Source of the DNA: Myxococcota bacterium
GTDB taxonomy: Bacteria > Myxococcota_A > UBA9160 > UBA4427
NCBI GenBank assembly: GCA_965250285.1
Contig: OZ252299.1
Span: 1,504,001-1,568,000, forward strand
Direction: 5' to 3'
Length of the DNA stretch: 64,000 nucleotides
Below the pieces are notes generated by a model that was given only the letters and a program-made list of their open reading frames with translations, had not been told where the DNA came from and did not search any database. Position numbers and translations under genes: made by a program. Shown one piece after another: positions 30,362-39,857 of this stretch; position 1 is the stretch's first letter; the number at the start of each line of letters is the position of its first letter.

Positions 30362-33135
30362 GCCGGTTCGTTGGATCGACTTTGATTTTTTGTGTGCTTG
30401 CCCTCGCGTTCGCGGGCACCGCCGCCGCTCAGAGCGTGTACTGGAATCCGCCGGCCGAGCTCGGTCAGGGCCAGCCCGGCTCGATCGACCTCGTCTTCGA
30501 GAGCTGCTCGCCCGAAGACGACGTGTCGTTCCCGGCGACGAACGGGCTCGTCTCGCTCGGCCCACCGAATGAGTCGCGCATGTTCTCGATGGTGAATTTC
30601 AAGTCGACGTCGAGCGTGACCCTCGCGTTCCCGGTGCGCGCGGGACAACCGGGCACCGTGGTGCTGCCCGCGTTCGAGGTCGAGACGAGCGAGGGACCGA
30701 TGCAGGTCGCCGAGTCGCGCGTGCGGGTCACGTCGCCGACGGTGCCGGGCGGGGGCGGCGCGCAGCAGCTGCTCTCCGAGGTGGCCGGTGCGACGCTCGA
30801 GCTGAGCGATCGGTCCCCCTTCGTGGGGGAGGTCGTGACCGTCGTCTTCGGCGTGACGGTCGACGCCCGTCGGCACGCCAACATCGCGAGCCTCATCGTG
30901 TGGGATGCCGACCCGATGATCGTCGAGGGCTGGCAGGATTCGACGCAGACGCCGCAGCGCCAGGGGCGCAATGGCGTGCGCACCGAGACGCGGGGGGTCT
31001 TCACCGAGCCGGGCCTCGTGGTGCTCGAGCCCGCGATGCAGGATCTCAACATCGAGACCGATCAGGGGCGCGGGGGTGGCTTGTTCCGTACGCGGCGCAT
31101 GCGCACGGTGACCGTGCGCTCCGAGCCGGTGCCCGTCGAGGTGCGACCGCTGCCGCCGGGTGCGCCGGCCGAGTTTCAGGGCGCCGTCGGCCGCTTCACG
31201 CTCACGTCCGAGCTCGCACCCGAGCGTGCGCAGGTGGGCGAGCCGTTGACGTGGTCGCTCACGCTCCGCGGGCAGGGCAACTGGCCGGATGGCATCGGCT
31301 TGCCGGCCCGGGCCGTCCCGAATCACGTCGAGGTGATCCAGCCGCGCAGCGTGCGCAGCTTCGAAGAGGGCGACGTGTTCCGCGGCGAGGTGTCGGAGGA
31401 TCTCGTTCTGATTCCCACGCAGCCCGGCACGCTTCGCCTTGCGCCGGTCGCCTTCACGTACTTCGACCCCATGCTCGAGCGCTACGAGACGATCGAGGTC
31501 GCGGCTCCGCCGGTCGAGGTGCTGCCGGCGCCCGTGTCTCCGCGCGGGCCGACGACGGCGGCGCCGCTCCCCGCGCCCAGCCAGCCCGATACGCCCGGGC
31601 CGAGCGGTCTCGTCCCCGAGCCCGAGGTCGGTCTGCTGCCGGGGGAGACCGCCGAGCCGCGGTTGCCCCGAGATCCGGTGCCGGGCGACGGTGTGCGGCC
31701 CGGCTTCGTCGCCGCCCCGATCGGCGTCGGCCCCTGGTTGTTCGGGCTCCTCGCCGGCGCGTTGCCGTGCGGGCTGCTCGTCGCCTGGCTCGGGCGGCGC
31801 CGTGCGGCCCGACTCGACCCGCTCGCGGCGCGGCGCGCGGCCCGCGCGCAGCTCTTCGGGCTGCTGCGCGATGTCGGCGGCGGGGCGCCCGATGAGGATG
31901 CGCTCCTCGGCTGGCAGCGGGCGACCGGGGCGCTGCTCGGCGTCGAGGGCCGCGCGCCGACGGCGGCGCGGCTCGAAGCGATCGGCTGGGGCGCCCGCGC
32001 GGGCGAGCTGACGGGCGTCGACGCCGATGGATGGCGCCGACTCTGGTGCGAGGTCGACGCTTCGATCCATCGCACGGGCGAGGCGTTGCCGAGCGACTGG
32101 ACGGAGCGCGCGCGGGCCGTGCTCGGCGCGACGCACGTGCGGGCGGTGCCACCGCTGGCCGGGTTCAAGCCCGCCCACGTCTGGCCGGCCGCGCTCGTGC
32201 TGATGCTGGCGATGCTACCGAGCGCCGGTCCGGTCCGGGCCGATCGCACGGGCCTCGATGCCTACCGCGCCGGCGACTTCGCGGACGCCGCGATCGAACT
32301 CGAACGTCGCGTCGAGGTCGCGCCGCTCGACTGGAAGGCGCGATCGGATCTCGGGCTCGCGCGGCTCCAGCTGGGTGAGCTCGACGCGGCCCTCGCCGAG
32401 ACGTCGGCTGCGTTCGCCCTCGCGCCGAGCGAAGAAGCGCTGCGTTGGAATCTCGCTGTCGTGAGTCGGCGGGCCGGTTGGATCGATCCCGCGCTGCGCG
32501 ATCTCGCCTGGGGGCGCGGCGCGCATGCGCTGGCTCGTCAGATGTCGGTCGGTGCGTGGCAGGCGTTCGGATGGGGCGCAGGGGCGCTGTTCTGGTTCTC
32601 GGTCGCGGCGGCCGTCGCCCTGCGACACGGCCGGCGAGGGCCCGGGCCCGCCCTGGCCACGATGCTCGCCGGTGTCGTCGGTGTGGGGGTCTCTGCGGCG
32701 ATGGTCGACACATGGGGCGCGCTCGGAGAACGTGGTGCGGCCTTCGTGCGCGAACCCACCGCCGCACGCAGCTTGCCGACCGAGCTCGCCGACGATCAGG
32801 TCGAGGTCGCACTCGAGGCCGGTCGTGTCGTCGTTGCCGAGCATCGCTTCCTCGGCTGGGTGCAGGTGCGACTCGCGAATGGCGACGTCGGCTGGGTGCG
32901 CGGCGAGACGCTGTCGCCCGTCTACGGGCCGCCTTCGCTCGGGGTTGCGCCGACGGCGCGCACCGAGGCGATCACCGCCGCGCCGCCGGTGGTGCCCGAA
33001 GCGCTGCGCTCGCCTCACGCAGCGCCACCCGTGGTGCCCGACGCGCTGCGTTCGCCTCACGCGGCGACGCCCGTGGTGCCCGAAGCGCTGCGTTCGGCTC
33101 ACGCGGCTCCGCCCGAAACGGCCGACGCAGCCTAG
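30358..33135 (+). CDS. BatD-like protein fused to a TPR/SH3-like (BatE-like) region
   Basis: Signal peptide, BatD-type FQGAVGRF, GQGN and YFDP motifs, TM, TPR-like AYRAGDFADA...LRWNL, SH3-like WVQVRLANGDVGWV. Confidence 0.8.
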   Translation: MSRFVGSTLIFCVLALAFAGTAAAQSVYWNPPAELGQGQPGSIDLVFESCSPEDDVSFPATNGLVSLGPPNESRMFSMVNFKSTSSVTLAFPVRAGQPGTVVLPAFEVETSEGPMQVAESRVRVTSPTVPGGGGAQQLLSEVAGATLELSDRSPFVGEVVTVVFGVTVDARRHANIASLIVWDADPMIVEGWQDSTQTPQRQGRNGVRTETRGVFTEPGLVVLEPAMQDLNIETDQGRGGGLFRTRRMRTVTVRSEPVPVEVRPLPPGAPAEFQGAVGRFTLTSELAPERAQVGEPLTWSLTLRGQGNWPDGIGLPARAVPNHVEVIQPRSVRSFEEGDVFRGEVSEDLVLIPTQPGTLRLAPVAFTYFDPMLERYETIEVAAPPVEVLPAPVSPRGPTTAAPLPAPSQPDTPGPSGLVPEPEVGLLPGETAEPRLPRDPVPGDGVRPGFVAAPIGVGPWLFGLLAGALPCGLLVAWLGRRRAARLDPLAARRAARAQLFGLLRDVGGGAPDEDALLGWQRATGALLGVEGRAPTAARLEAIGWGARAGELTGVDADGWRRLWCEVDASIHRTGEALPSDWTERARAVLGATHVRAVPPLAGFKPAHVWPAALVLMLAMLPSAGPVRADRTGLDAYRAGDFADAAIELERRVEVAPLDWKARSDLGLARLQLGELDAALAETSAAFALAPSEEALRWNLAVVSRRAGWIDPALRDLAWGRGAHALARQMSVGAWQAFGWGAGALFWFSVAAAVALRHGRRGPGPALATMLAGVVGVGVSAAMVDTWGALGERGAAFVREPTAARSLPTELADDQVEVALEAGRVVVAEHRFLGWVQVRLANGDVGWVRGETLSPVYGPPSLGVAPTARTEAITAAPPVVPEALRSPHAAPPVVPDALRSPHAATPVVPEALRSAHAAPPETADAA
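32977..33114 (+). repeat. 42-bp tandem repeat (three copies plus a partial) encoding AAPPVVPEALRSPH
   Basis: Units start at 32977, 33019 and 33061, with a partial unit at 33103. Confidence 0.9.
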
Positions 33136-33169
33136 CCATCGTCGAGATCGCGCCGCGGGCGGCGGTGCG

Positions 33170-33991
33170 TCAGCGCCCCTTGAAGACAGGCTTGCGCTTC
33201 TCGACGAAGGCGCGCTGCGCCTCGCGCGCGTCTTCTGTGCGCCGCAGCGGCTTGCCGAGCTCTTCCTGGCGGCGATAGGCCGACTCGAGGTCGAGCTGCA
33301 TCAGCTCGCGCACGCCCGCCCAGGTCGCCTTCACCGCCAGCGGGCCGTTGCTCGCGATGCGGTCCGCCGTTTCGAATGCCCGAGCCATCAGCGCGTCGGG
33401 CTCGACGATCTCGTTGATCAGGCCGATCTCGAGGGCCTTCTGCGCCGAAAACGGCTGCGCGGTGTAGAGGATCTCGCTCGCGTGCACCCAGCCGATCTGC
33501 TTCGGCAGCATCACCGTCGCGTGGCCGGTGGGATAGAACCCGAGCGCGACCTCCTCGAGGGCAAACGTGGCCGCGGGCACCGCGTAGCGGATGTCGGTGG
33601 CCAGCATGAAGTCGAAGCCGCCGCCCCGAGCGTGTCCATTGACCGCGGCGATGAGCGGCTTGCCCACCGAGAACCCGGCGAGCGTCGCCGTCTTCACCGA
33701 GCGCAGGCCTTCGAACTCGATCGCGCTCACCTGCTCGCCCTTGGCGAGGCGCTGCGATGCCGGGATCGTCGTCTTGAGATCCATCCCCGAGCACCACACC
33801 CGATCGCCGCCACCCGTCACGACGGCCACGCGCACGTCGTCGTCCTCGGCGATGCGACGCCAGGCGGCCGCGAGACCCGCCAGCGACTCGGGATCGAGCG
33901 AGTTGGCGGCTTCGGGTCGGTCGATGGTCACGACGGCGACGTGAGGGTGATCGGTGGGCAGGTCGACGCGAACAGGCACGGCGGGCTCCAA
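33170..33991 (-). CDS. Enoyl-CoA hydratase/isomerase family protein
   Basis: TIDRPEAANSL, CSGMDLK, KPLIAAVNGHARGGG, AFVEKRKPVFKGR. Confidence 0.93.
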   Translation of the reverse strand: MEPAVPVRVDLPTDHPHVAVVTIDRPEAANSLDPESLAGLAAAWRRIAEDDDVRVAVVTGGGDRVWCSGMDLKTTIPASQRLAKGEQVSAIEFEGLRSVKTATLAGFSVGKPLIAAVNGHARGGGFDFMLATDIRYAVPAATFALEEVALGFYPTGHATVMLPKQIGWVHASEILYTAQPFSAQKALEIGLINEIVEPDALMARAFETADRIASNGPLAVKATWAGVRELMQLDLESAYRRQEELGKPLRRTEDAREAQRAFVEKRKPVFKGR

Positions 33992-34040
33992 AGAAATGGC
34001 TTTGAGTTCGAGGCTTTAGCCATTATTCTCAGCCGCTGCC

Positions 34041-34670
34041 ATGAGCTCTGACGACGGCGCACCCGAAGACCCCGCCCAGCCCGAATCCGCCCCGAGCCGC
34101 GACGCCGCCGACGCGTCCGAGCCCGCGCCGCGCCCCTCGCTCTGGGGCCGGGTGAAGGCGGCCTGGGCGAATCCGGCATACCGCTTCGTGATGCTCTTTC
34201 TGCCCTACCTCGGGATCGTGTCGGTCGGGTACCCCGCCATGCTCCGCTACTGGGGCGGCTTCGTGCAATCGTTCATCAACGGCACGGCGTGGATCGAGTA
34301 CGCGGTCTTCAATCTCTTCGCCGAGGGCGTGAAGCGCCACGAGAAGCTGGTCACCTACGGCAATTTCACCGTGACGATCGTCGACGAGTGCACCGGTCTC
34401 TACGAGATGCTCATCTACTCGGCGGCCGTGATGGCCTTCCCGACCACCATGAAGAACAAGCTCCTCGGGATCCTGCTCGGCAATCCGCTGATCTACTTCT
34501 TCAACGTCGTCCGCATCGCGATGCTGATCTGGGTCGGGCACTGGCAGCGCGAGTGGTTCGACTTCATGCACGTCTACTTCATGCAGGCGACCATGATCGT
34601 GATGATCACGGGGGTCTGGCTCCTGTGGATCACGCGCGTCGTCAAGGACCGGGACGTTGCCCCCGCCTGA
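34041..34670 (+). CDS. Exosortase/archaeosortase-family transpeptidase (short, XrtH-like)
   Basis: Multi-TM protein with the Cys-Arg-His triad contexts IVDECTG, NVVRI and FMHVY. Confidence 0.85.
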   Translation: MSSDDGAPEDPAQPESAPSRDAADASEPAPRPSLWGRVKAAWANPAYRFVMLFLPYLGIVSVGYPAMLRYWGGFVQSFINGTAWIEYAVFNLFAEGVKRHEKLVTYGNFTVTIVDECTGLYEMLIYSAAVMAFPTTMKNKLLGILLGNPLIYFFNVVRIAMLIWVGHWQREWFDFMHVYFMQATMIVMITGVWLLWITRVVKDRDVAPA

Positions 34671-35211
34671 TTCGGCGCTCGCGCGGTACAGCGGTTGGCT
34701 GCGCGCGCTCGCGTTCATCGCGATCACGGTGCCGCTCACGTGGTGGTGGATGCACGGCGGCGCCGACGCCTACATGGCGTTCTTCAAGCAGACCGCGACG
34801 CCGATCTTCAAACTGCTCGGCGTCACCAACTATCCGCCGAGCGCCGTACGGGATCGCTTCATCGGCTTCGTTCCGTTCATCGCCCTGATGGCGATCACGC
34901 CGGGGCTCGATCTGTCGAGGCGCATCGGCGCGGTGCTGATCGCGTTTCCGATCGTCTTCCTGTGCCAGATCGCGCTGGTCTACGCCGTGTTCAAGATCGT
35001 GGTGCAGGGCGGGGGCTGGAACGACCAGACGCGCGTCGCGCTGTTTCCGTTCACGGTGCTCTTCGACGGCTTGCCGCTCTTGCTCTGGGCGGTCTTCGCG
35101 CACGAGTTCCTGGCCGATCAGCTGAAGAAGATCATTCCCGCCGAAGCGGGCAGCCCGGGCGAGCCACGCCCGCCGGAGGAATCTGGTGAGCCCGGGGAGC
35201 CGCGCGACTAG
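34657..35211 (+). CDS. Exosortase-associated membrane protein (putative)
   Basis: About four TM segments, PFIALMAITP motif, overlaps the exosortase stop codon, no catalytic triad seen. Confidence 0.65.
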   Translation: MPPPDSALARYSGWLRALAFIAITVPLTWWWMHGGADAYMAFFKQTATPIFKLLGVTNYPPSAVRDRFIGFVPFIALMAITPGLDLSRRIGAVLIAFPIVFLCQIALVYAVFKIVVQGGGWNDQTRVALFPFTVLFDGLPLLLWAVFAHEFLADQLKKIIPAEAGSPGEPRPPEESGEPGEPRD

Positions 35212-35234
35212 AGAACCGCGGCACGGTCCGCCGT

Positions 35235-35521
35235 GCCTGCCCCGGCCTCGGTCCGCCGTGCCAGGGCCGGGGCAGGCGGGGGCACCGTGCTCAGACATTC
35301 TCGGCGCGACCTGCCTTGGAAGCTCGTATGTGGCGCACGTCGCGCCTGCGAACTGCGCGCGGTCCCCCCGCCTGCCCCGGCCTCGGTCCGCCGTGCCAGG
35401 GCCGGGGCAGGCGGGGGCACCGTGCTCAGACATTCTCGGCGCGACCTGCCTGGGAAGCTCGTATGTTTCGCACGTCGCGCCTGCGAACTGCGCGCGGTCC
35501 CCCCGCCTGCCCCGGCCTCGG
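35235..35521. repeat. 135-bp tandem palindromic repeat (REP/BIME-like), two copies plus a partial
   Basis: GCCTGCCCCGGCCTCGG recurs at 35235, 35370 and 35505; each unit has two inverted repeats; lies between convergent genes. Confidence 0.9.
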
Positions 35522-35592
35522 AAGGCTTCGGTCGCAGCGCGGCACGCTCGGCGCTGTTCTCGCGTGCGTGGGGCGCGTTCTGCAGAGGCTCC

Positions 35593-36867
35593 CTAGGGCG
35601 TGCGTGCCCGTTCGCTGGTCTCGCGCAGGGCTTCGATGCGGGGCGCGAGGTGCTCGGCCGCGATGCGATGGCCGGCGCGGTTCGGGTGGTAGACGTCGTA
35701 CCCGTTGATCCGCAAACGAGAGACGTGCTCGGCGTAGTAGGGCGCGGTCAGGTCGATCGGCTCGGGCAGGCCCGCGCGGCGGATCTCCGAAGCGATGATG
35801 TCGTGCGCGACCGCGTGGTCGTAGCGGCCATCCTGCCCGTCGAGCAGCGGAAAGATCACGATCACCACGTCGAAGTCGCGCTCCGCCGACAGGGCAGCGA
35901 GTCGGCGCAGGCCGTGGCGGAGTCGGCCGACCCGGGGCGCGTCGCGATACCACGACGACGGCTCGCGTTCGGTCGCGCTGGCCATGCGCGCGAGCAGCTC
36001 GGTCTCTTCGTCGCCGATCGCGTCGATCCGATCGCCGAAGCGAGCGGTGAATGCATCGAGCTCGTTCTGATGGGCCTGCCACGACCCCATTCGAATGCGG
36101 TCGAGCTGGACGGCGAGCAAGGCGACGACGCGCGAGCGATAGAGAGGGTTGCTTCCGTAGCGCTCGGTGCGTTCGATGTACTCGAGGTTCGGGCTCACCA
36201 CGGCGGCGTCGTTCAGACAGAAGCCCAGCACCACGACATCGGGCTCGAACGCGGCGACCCGGGCCTCGATGGCCGCGACGTTCTGCAGGATGTCGTAGCC
36301 GCCCACGCCGAAGTTCAGCACTTCGTAGTCGGGCCGGTGATTCTCGAGGCGGCGTTGCAGCTGGGCTGGATAGGTCGCGTCAGCTCGGAGAAAGTTGCCA
36401 AATGTGATCGAGTCGCCGAACACCGCGATGCGAAAGTCGTCCGAGGGGCCGGGACGGCCGGCCGGGCCGCGATGACCGTGGGCGTTGATGAGCACTTCGG
36501 TGCCCCAGGCCTGGCCCCAGGCGTGGGGCGTCAGCTCGTAGCCCAGCTCGGGGTTGGTCGAGGCCTGCACGATGGTCTGTCGGCCGGTCTTCAAGTCGCG
36601 AAACGGGTCGAAGCCCATGACGCGAAGCGCGACTTCGAGCACCGCGAACGTCACGAGCAGCGAGCCAACGAGCAGCGCGATCCGCGCGCCCGCGCGGTGG
36701 CGCACCTCAGCCCTCGACGCTTTCGAGCCGGCATGCCCGGTGCTCACGGCGAGCCCATCCTCCGCAGTGGCGATCGCCGGCCAGGGTACCTCGCTTCGGC
36801 CGAGGCCCGGCCGCCGAGTGAAGTCCGGCTGCAAGCGTGTACGACGGCGTTCCGTGTGGAACGCCAC
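35593..36867 (-). CDS. Membrane-anchored SGNH/GDSL hydrolase
   Basis: FGDSITFG (block I), NFGVGGY (II), CLND (III), DVYHPNRAGH (V); true start probably nearer 36700. Confidence 0.87.
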   Translation of the reverse strand: MAFHTERRRTRLQPDFTRRPGLGRSEVPWPAIATAEDGLAVSTGHAGSKASRAEVRHRAGARIALLVGSLLVTFAVLEVALRVMGFDPFRDLKTGRQTIVQASTNPELGYELTPHAWGQAWGTEVLINAHGHRGPAGRPGPSDDFRIAVFGDSITFGNFLRADATYPAQLQRRLENHRPDYEVLNFGVGGYDILQNVAAIEARVAAFEPDVVVLGFCLNDAAVVSPNLEYIERTERYGSNPLYRSRVVALLAVQLDRIRMGSWQAHQNELDAFTARFGDRIDAIGDEETELLARMASATEREPSSWYRDAPRVGRLRHGLRRLAALSAERDFDVVIVIFPLLDGQDGRYDHAVAHDIIASEIRRAGLPEPIDLTAPYYAEHVSRLRINGYDVYHPNRAGHRIAAEHLAPRIEALRETSERARTP

Positions 36868-36922
36868 GGAGGAATCGCGCGCTCCGAACCCATGGGAACC
36901 GGTGCAGTGGGATGGCAGCGCG

Positions 36923-37681
36923 TCACCGCCCGATCTCGATGACGCCGAGCATTCGCAGCGCCAGCACGATCACGGCGATCGCGAGCACGGGCTTGATCAG
37001 GCCTTCGCCGCCGCGCACGGCGAGGCGAGCGCCGAGCTGACCGCCCGTGAAGAAGCCGATCGTGAGCGCGAGCGCGGGGGCCCACTCGACGAGGCCCTCG
37101 AACGCGAAGACGGGCACCGCGACCATCGTGAACGCGCCGACGACGACGACCTTGATCGCGTTGGCGCGGACGAGGTCGAGACCGCTGTGGGAGAGCGCCA
37201 TGACGAGGAAGAGCCCGACGCCGGCCTGGACGGCGCCCCCGTAGAGACCGATCGCGAAGAACACGAGGGTGCGTACCGGGGGCGACCAGGTCTTGGCCGA
37301 CTCTTCGCCGCGCTTCGCGCCGAAGCCACCGCGCAGGGTCGGCCAGAGCAAGAGCAGCATGAGCACGCCGAAGATGTGCTCGAAGGCGTCGCTCGGCAGC
37401 TGGCTGATGCCGATCGCGCCGATCAGCGATCCGATGGCGACGGGGACGAGGATCGGCAGCGCGCCCTGAAGCCCCGACACGCCGTCGCGCGTGAAGCGCC
37501 AGGTCGCGCTGATGTTCTGCGCGAGGATGCCCACCCGGTTCGTGCCGTTCGCGACATCGCCGGGAAGCCCCAGCGCAACGAGCAGCGGCACGCTCAGCAG
37601 CGATCCACCGCCGGCGAGCACGTTGATCGTGCCGGCGGCGCAGCCCGCGGCGATCAGGCCGACGGCGGTCCAGGCGTCCAC
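36923..37681 (-). CDS. Sulfite exporter TauE/SafE family membrane protein
   Basis: AGTINVLAGGGSLL, VANGTNR, GLYGGAVQAGVG, ANAIK; GTG start after AGGAG. Confidence 0.9.
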   Translation of the reverse strand: MDAWTAVGLIAAGCAAGTINVLAGGGSLLSVPLLVALGLPGDVANGTNRVGILAQNISATWRFTRDGVSGLQGALPILVPVAIGSLIGAIGISQLPSDAFEHIFGVLMLLLLWPTLRGGFGAKRGEESAKTWSPPVRTLVFFAIGLYGGAVQAGVGLFLVMALSHSGLDLVRANAIKVVVVGAFTMVAVPVFAFEGLVEWAPALALTIGFFTGGQLGARLAVRGGEGLIKPVLAIAVIVLALRMLGVIEIGR

Positions 37682-37895
37682 GGGGGTCTCCTGCAGTGCA
37701 TCGAGAGAGCGACCGGGCGGGGGCCATCGAGGCCGCGCCCCGCGCACGAGTAGCGCGCGGTGGAGCGCAGCGCATCGTGCGACGAGACCGACTTCGGCGC
37801 AGCGTGTGCCGCACGACGGGTCGCTCGGACCCTCGGCTGTGCGAAGCTCGGTCGCGATGCGACCCACATACGTCGCGAGGAGGTCGAGAGCGCAC

Positions 37896-39851
37896 ATGAC
37901 CATCGAGGCTCCGTACGGGAGCTGGCGATCCGGGATTCGCAGCGAAGATGTCGCCGCCGGCGCCCGCCGGCTCTCGCAGCCACGGATCGACGGCGCCTTC
38001 GTCTACTGGCTCGAGGGGCGGCCGAGCGAGGCCGGACGCCAGTGCGTCGTGCGCGCCCCGCTCGATGCGCCGGGCACCGGCCACGTGGATGTGACTCCGC
38101 CCGACGCGAACGTGCGCACGCGCGTGCACGAGTACGGAGGCGGCGACTACCGCGTGCACCGCGGGCGCGTCGAGTTCGTGCGCTTCGACGACCAGCGAAT
38201 CTGGTCGACGGCCGCCGGTGGGACCGAGGCCGTCAGCGCACCGGGGCCGCGCTACGCCGACCTCGTGGGCTCGCCCGATGACAGCCTGCTCGTGGCGGTC
38301 GAGGAGCGCGACGTCGGCGCCCACGAGCCCGAGAACCGGCTCGTATGCTTTCGACGCGACGGCTCGGGACGACTCGCGCCCGAGCCCATCGTCGTGTTCG
38401 AGGGCAGCGACTTCGTCAGCGCGCCTGCATTCTCGCCCGACGGTCGCCGGCTGGCCTTCACGGTCTGGCGCCATCCCGACCTGCCCTGGGACGCGACCGA
38501 GCTCTTCGAGGTCGAGGTGGACGCATCGGGCGCGATCGGGGCGCCGCGCAGGATCGCAGGGGGCGACGGGGAGTCGATCCTCCAGCCCTCTTACTCGGCG
38601 GCGGGTGCGCTCACGTTCGTGAGCGATCGCTCGGGCTGGTGGAACCCGTACGCACTGCACGATGGAGAGGTGCGACCCCTGTGTCGGCGCGAAGCCGAGT
38701 TCGGCGGCCCGCAGTGGGTCTTCGGGCTCTCGTGGTCGGCGCACCTCGACGACGGCACGCTGCTGTGTGTGCGGCGCGAGCAGGGGCGGGACGTGCTCGG
38801 CCGCCTGATCCCCGAGCGCGGCGAGATCGTCGACTACGCGTTGCCCTACACCGAGATCGGGTACGTCCGAGCCGAGGGGCGTCATGCGTGCTTCCTCGGC
38901 GGCTCGCCGACCGAGGCGGCTTCGGTGGTCGTGCTCGACGTCGTCTCGGGCGAGGCGCGGCTCGCGCAGCGGGGCAGCGCGCTCGACCTCGACGCGAGCT
39001 GGGTGTCGGCGGCCGAGCCCGTGCGCTTCGAATCGGCCGGCGGGCGGCATGCGTATGCCTACTTCTATGCCCCGCGACATCCCGACTTCGCTGGCCCGTC
39101 GGACGAACGGCCGCCCGTCGTCGTCAAGAGTCACGGCGGTCCGACCGCTGCGGCGAGCTCGGCCCTCGATCCGCGGGTGCAGTACTGGACCAGCCGGGGG
39201 TTCGCGTACCTCGACGTCGACTACGCCGGCTCGACGGGGTACGGCCGCGACTACCGCCGCAGCCTCGCCGGTCAGTGGGGTGTCTACGATGTCGAGGACT
39301 GCATCGCGGCGGCGAGCGCGATGGCCGAGCTCGGCCGCGTCGATCCGCGGCGCCAGGCGATCAGCGGGGGCAGTGCAGGGGGCTACACGACCCTGTGCGC
39401 GCTGACCTTCGCTGACGCGTTCGCGGCCGGCGCGAGCCACTACGGGATCGGCGACCTCGAGGCGCTCGCGCGCGATACGCACAAGTTCGAGGCGCGCTAT
39501 CTCGACGGATTGATCGGGCCGTACCCAGAGCGGCAGGATCTCTACGTCGCACGGTCCCCGATTCACGCGACCGACCGGCTCTCGTGTCCGGTGATCTTCT
39601 TCCAGGGGCTCGACGACAAGGTCGTGCCGCCGAATCAATCCGAGGCCATGGCGGCCGCGCTCGCCGAGCAGGGCATCGCGCATGCCTACGTCGCGTTCGA
39701 GGGCGAGCAGCACGGCTTTCGCCAGGCGAAGAACATCTGCACCGCGCTCGACGGCGAGGCCTGGTTCTATGGCCAGGTCTTCGGCTTCGATGTGGGGGCG
39801 GCGCCTGTGGGCGTCGACCTGGTACCCGGGCGCGGCCTCTTCGCCGGCTGA
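37896..39851 (+). CDS. S9 family (prolyl oligopeptidase / acylaminoacyl peptidase-like) serine peptidase
   Basis: APYGSWRS start, beta-propeller region, HGGPT, GGSAGG nucleophile elbow, D.VVP, GEQHGF. Confidence 0.93.
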   Translation: MTIEAPYGSWRSGIRSEDVAAGARRLSQPRIDGAFVYWLEGRPSEAGRQCVVRAPLDAPGTGHVDVTPPDANVRTRVHEYGGGDYRVHRGRVEFVRFDDQRIWSTAAGGTEAVSAPGPRYADLVGSPDDSLLVAVEERDVGAHEPENRLVCFRRDGSGRLAPEPIVVFEGSDFVSAPAFSPDGRRLAFTVWRHPDLPWDATELFEVEVDASGAIGAPRRIAGGDGESILQPSYSAAGALTFVSDRSGWWNPYALHDGEVRPLCRREAEFGGPQWVFGLSWSAHLDDGTLLCVRREQGRDVLGRLIPERGEIVDYALPYTEIGYVRAEGRHACFLGGSPTEAASVVVLDVVSGEARLAQRGSALDLDASWVSAAEPVRFESAGGRHAYAYFYAPRHPDFAGPSDERPPVVVKSHGGPTAAASSALDPRVQYWTSRGFAYLDVDYAGSTGYGRDYRRSLAGQWGVYDVEDCIAAASAMAELGRVDPRRQAISGGSAGGYTTLCALTFADAFAAGASHYGIGDLEALARDTHKFEARYLDGLIGPYPERQDLYVARSPIHATDRLSCPVIFFQGLDDKVVPPNQSEAMAAALAEQGIAHAYVAFEGEQHGFRQAKNICTALDGEAWFYGQVFGFDVGAAPVGVDLVPGRGLFAG

Positions 39852-39857
39852 CTGCGC

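Noticed and set aside
35235..35521. CRISPR array
   Set aside because: The whole 135-bp unit is repeated, there are no unique spacers, only about two units, and no cas genes
35233..36942. 569-aa ORF with a repeated 45-aa unit
   Set aside because: Artefact of the 135-bp repeat being a multiple of 3, running antisense to the SGNH hydrolase
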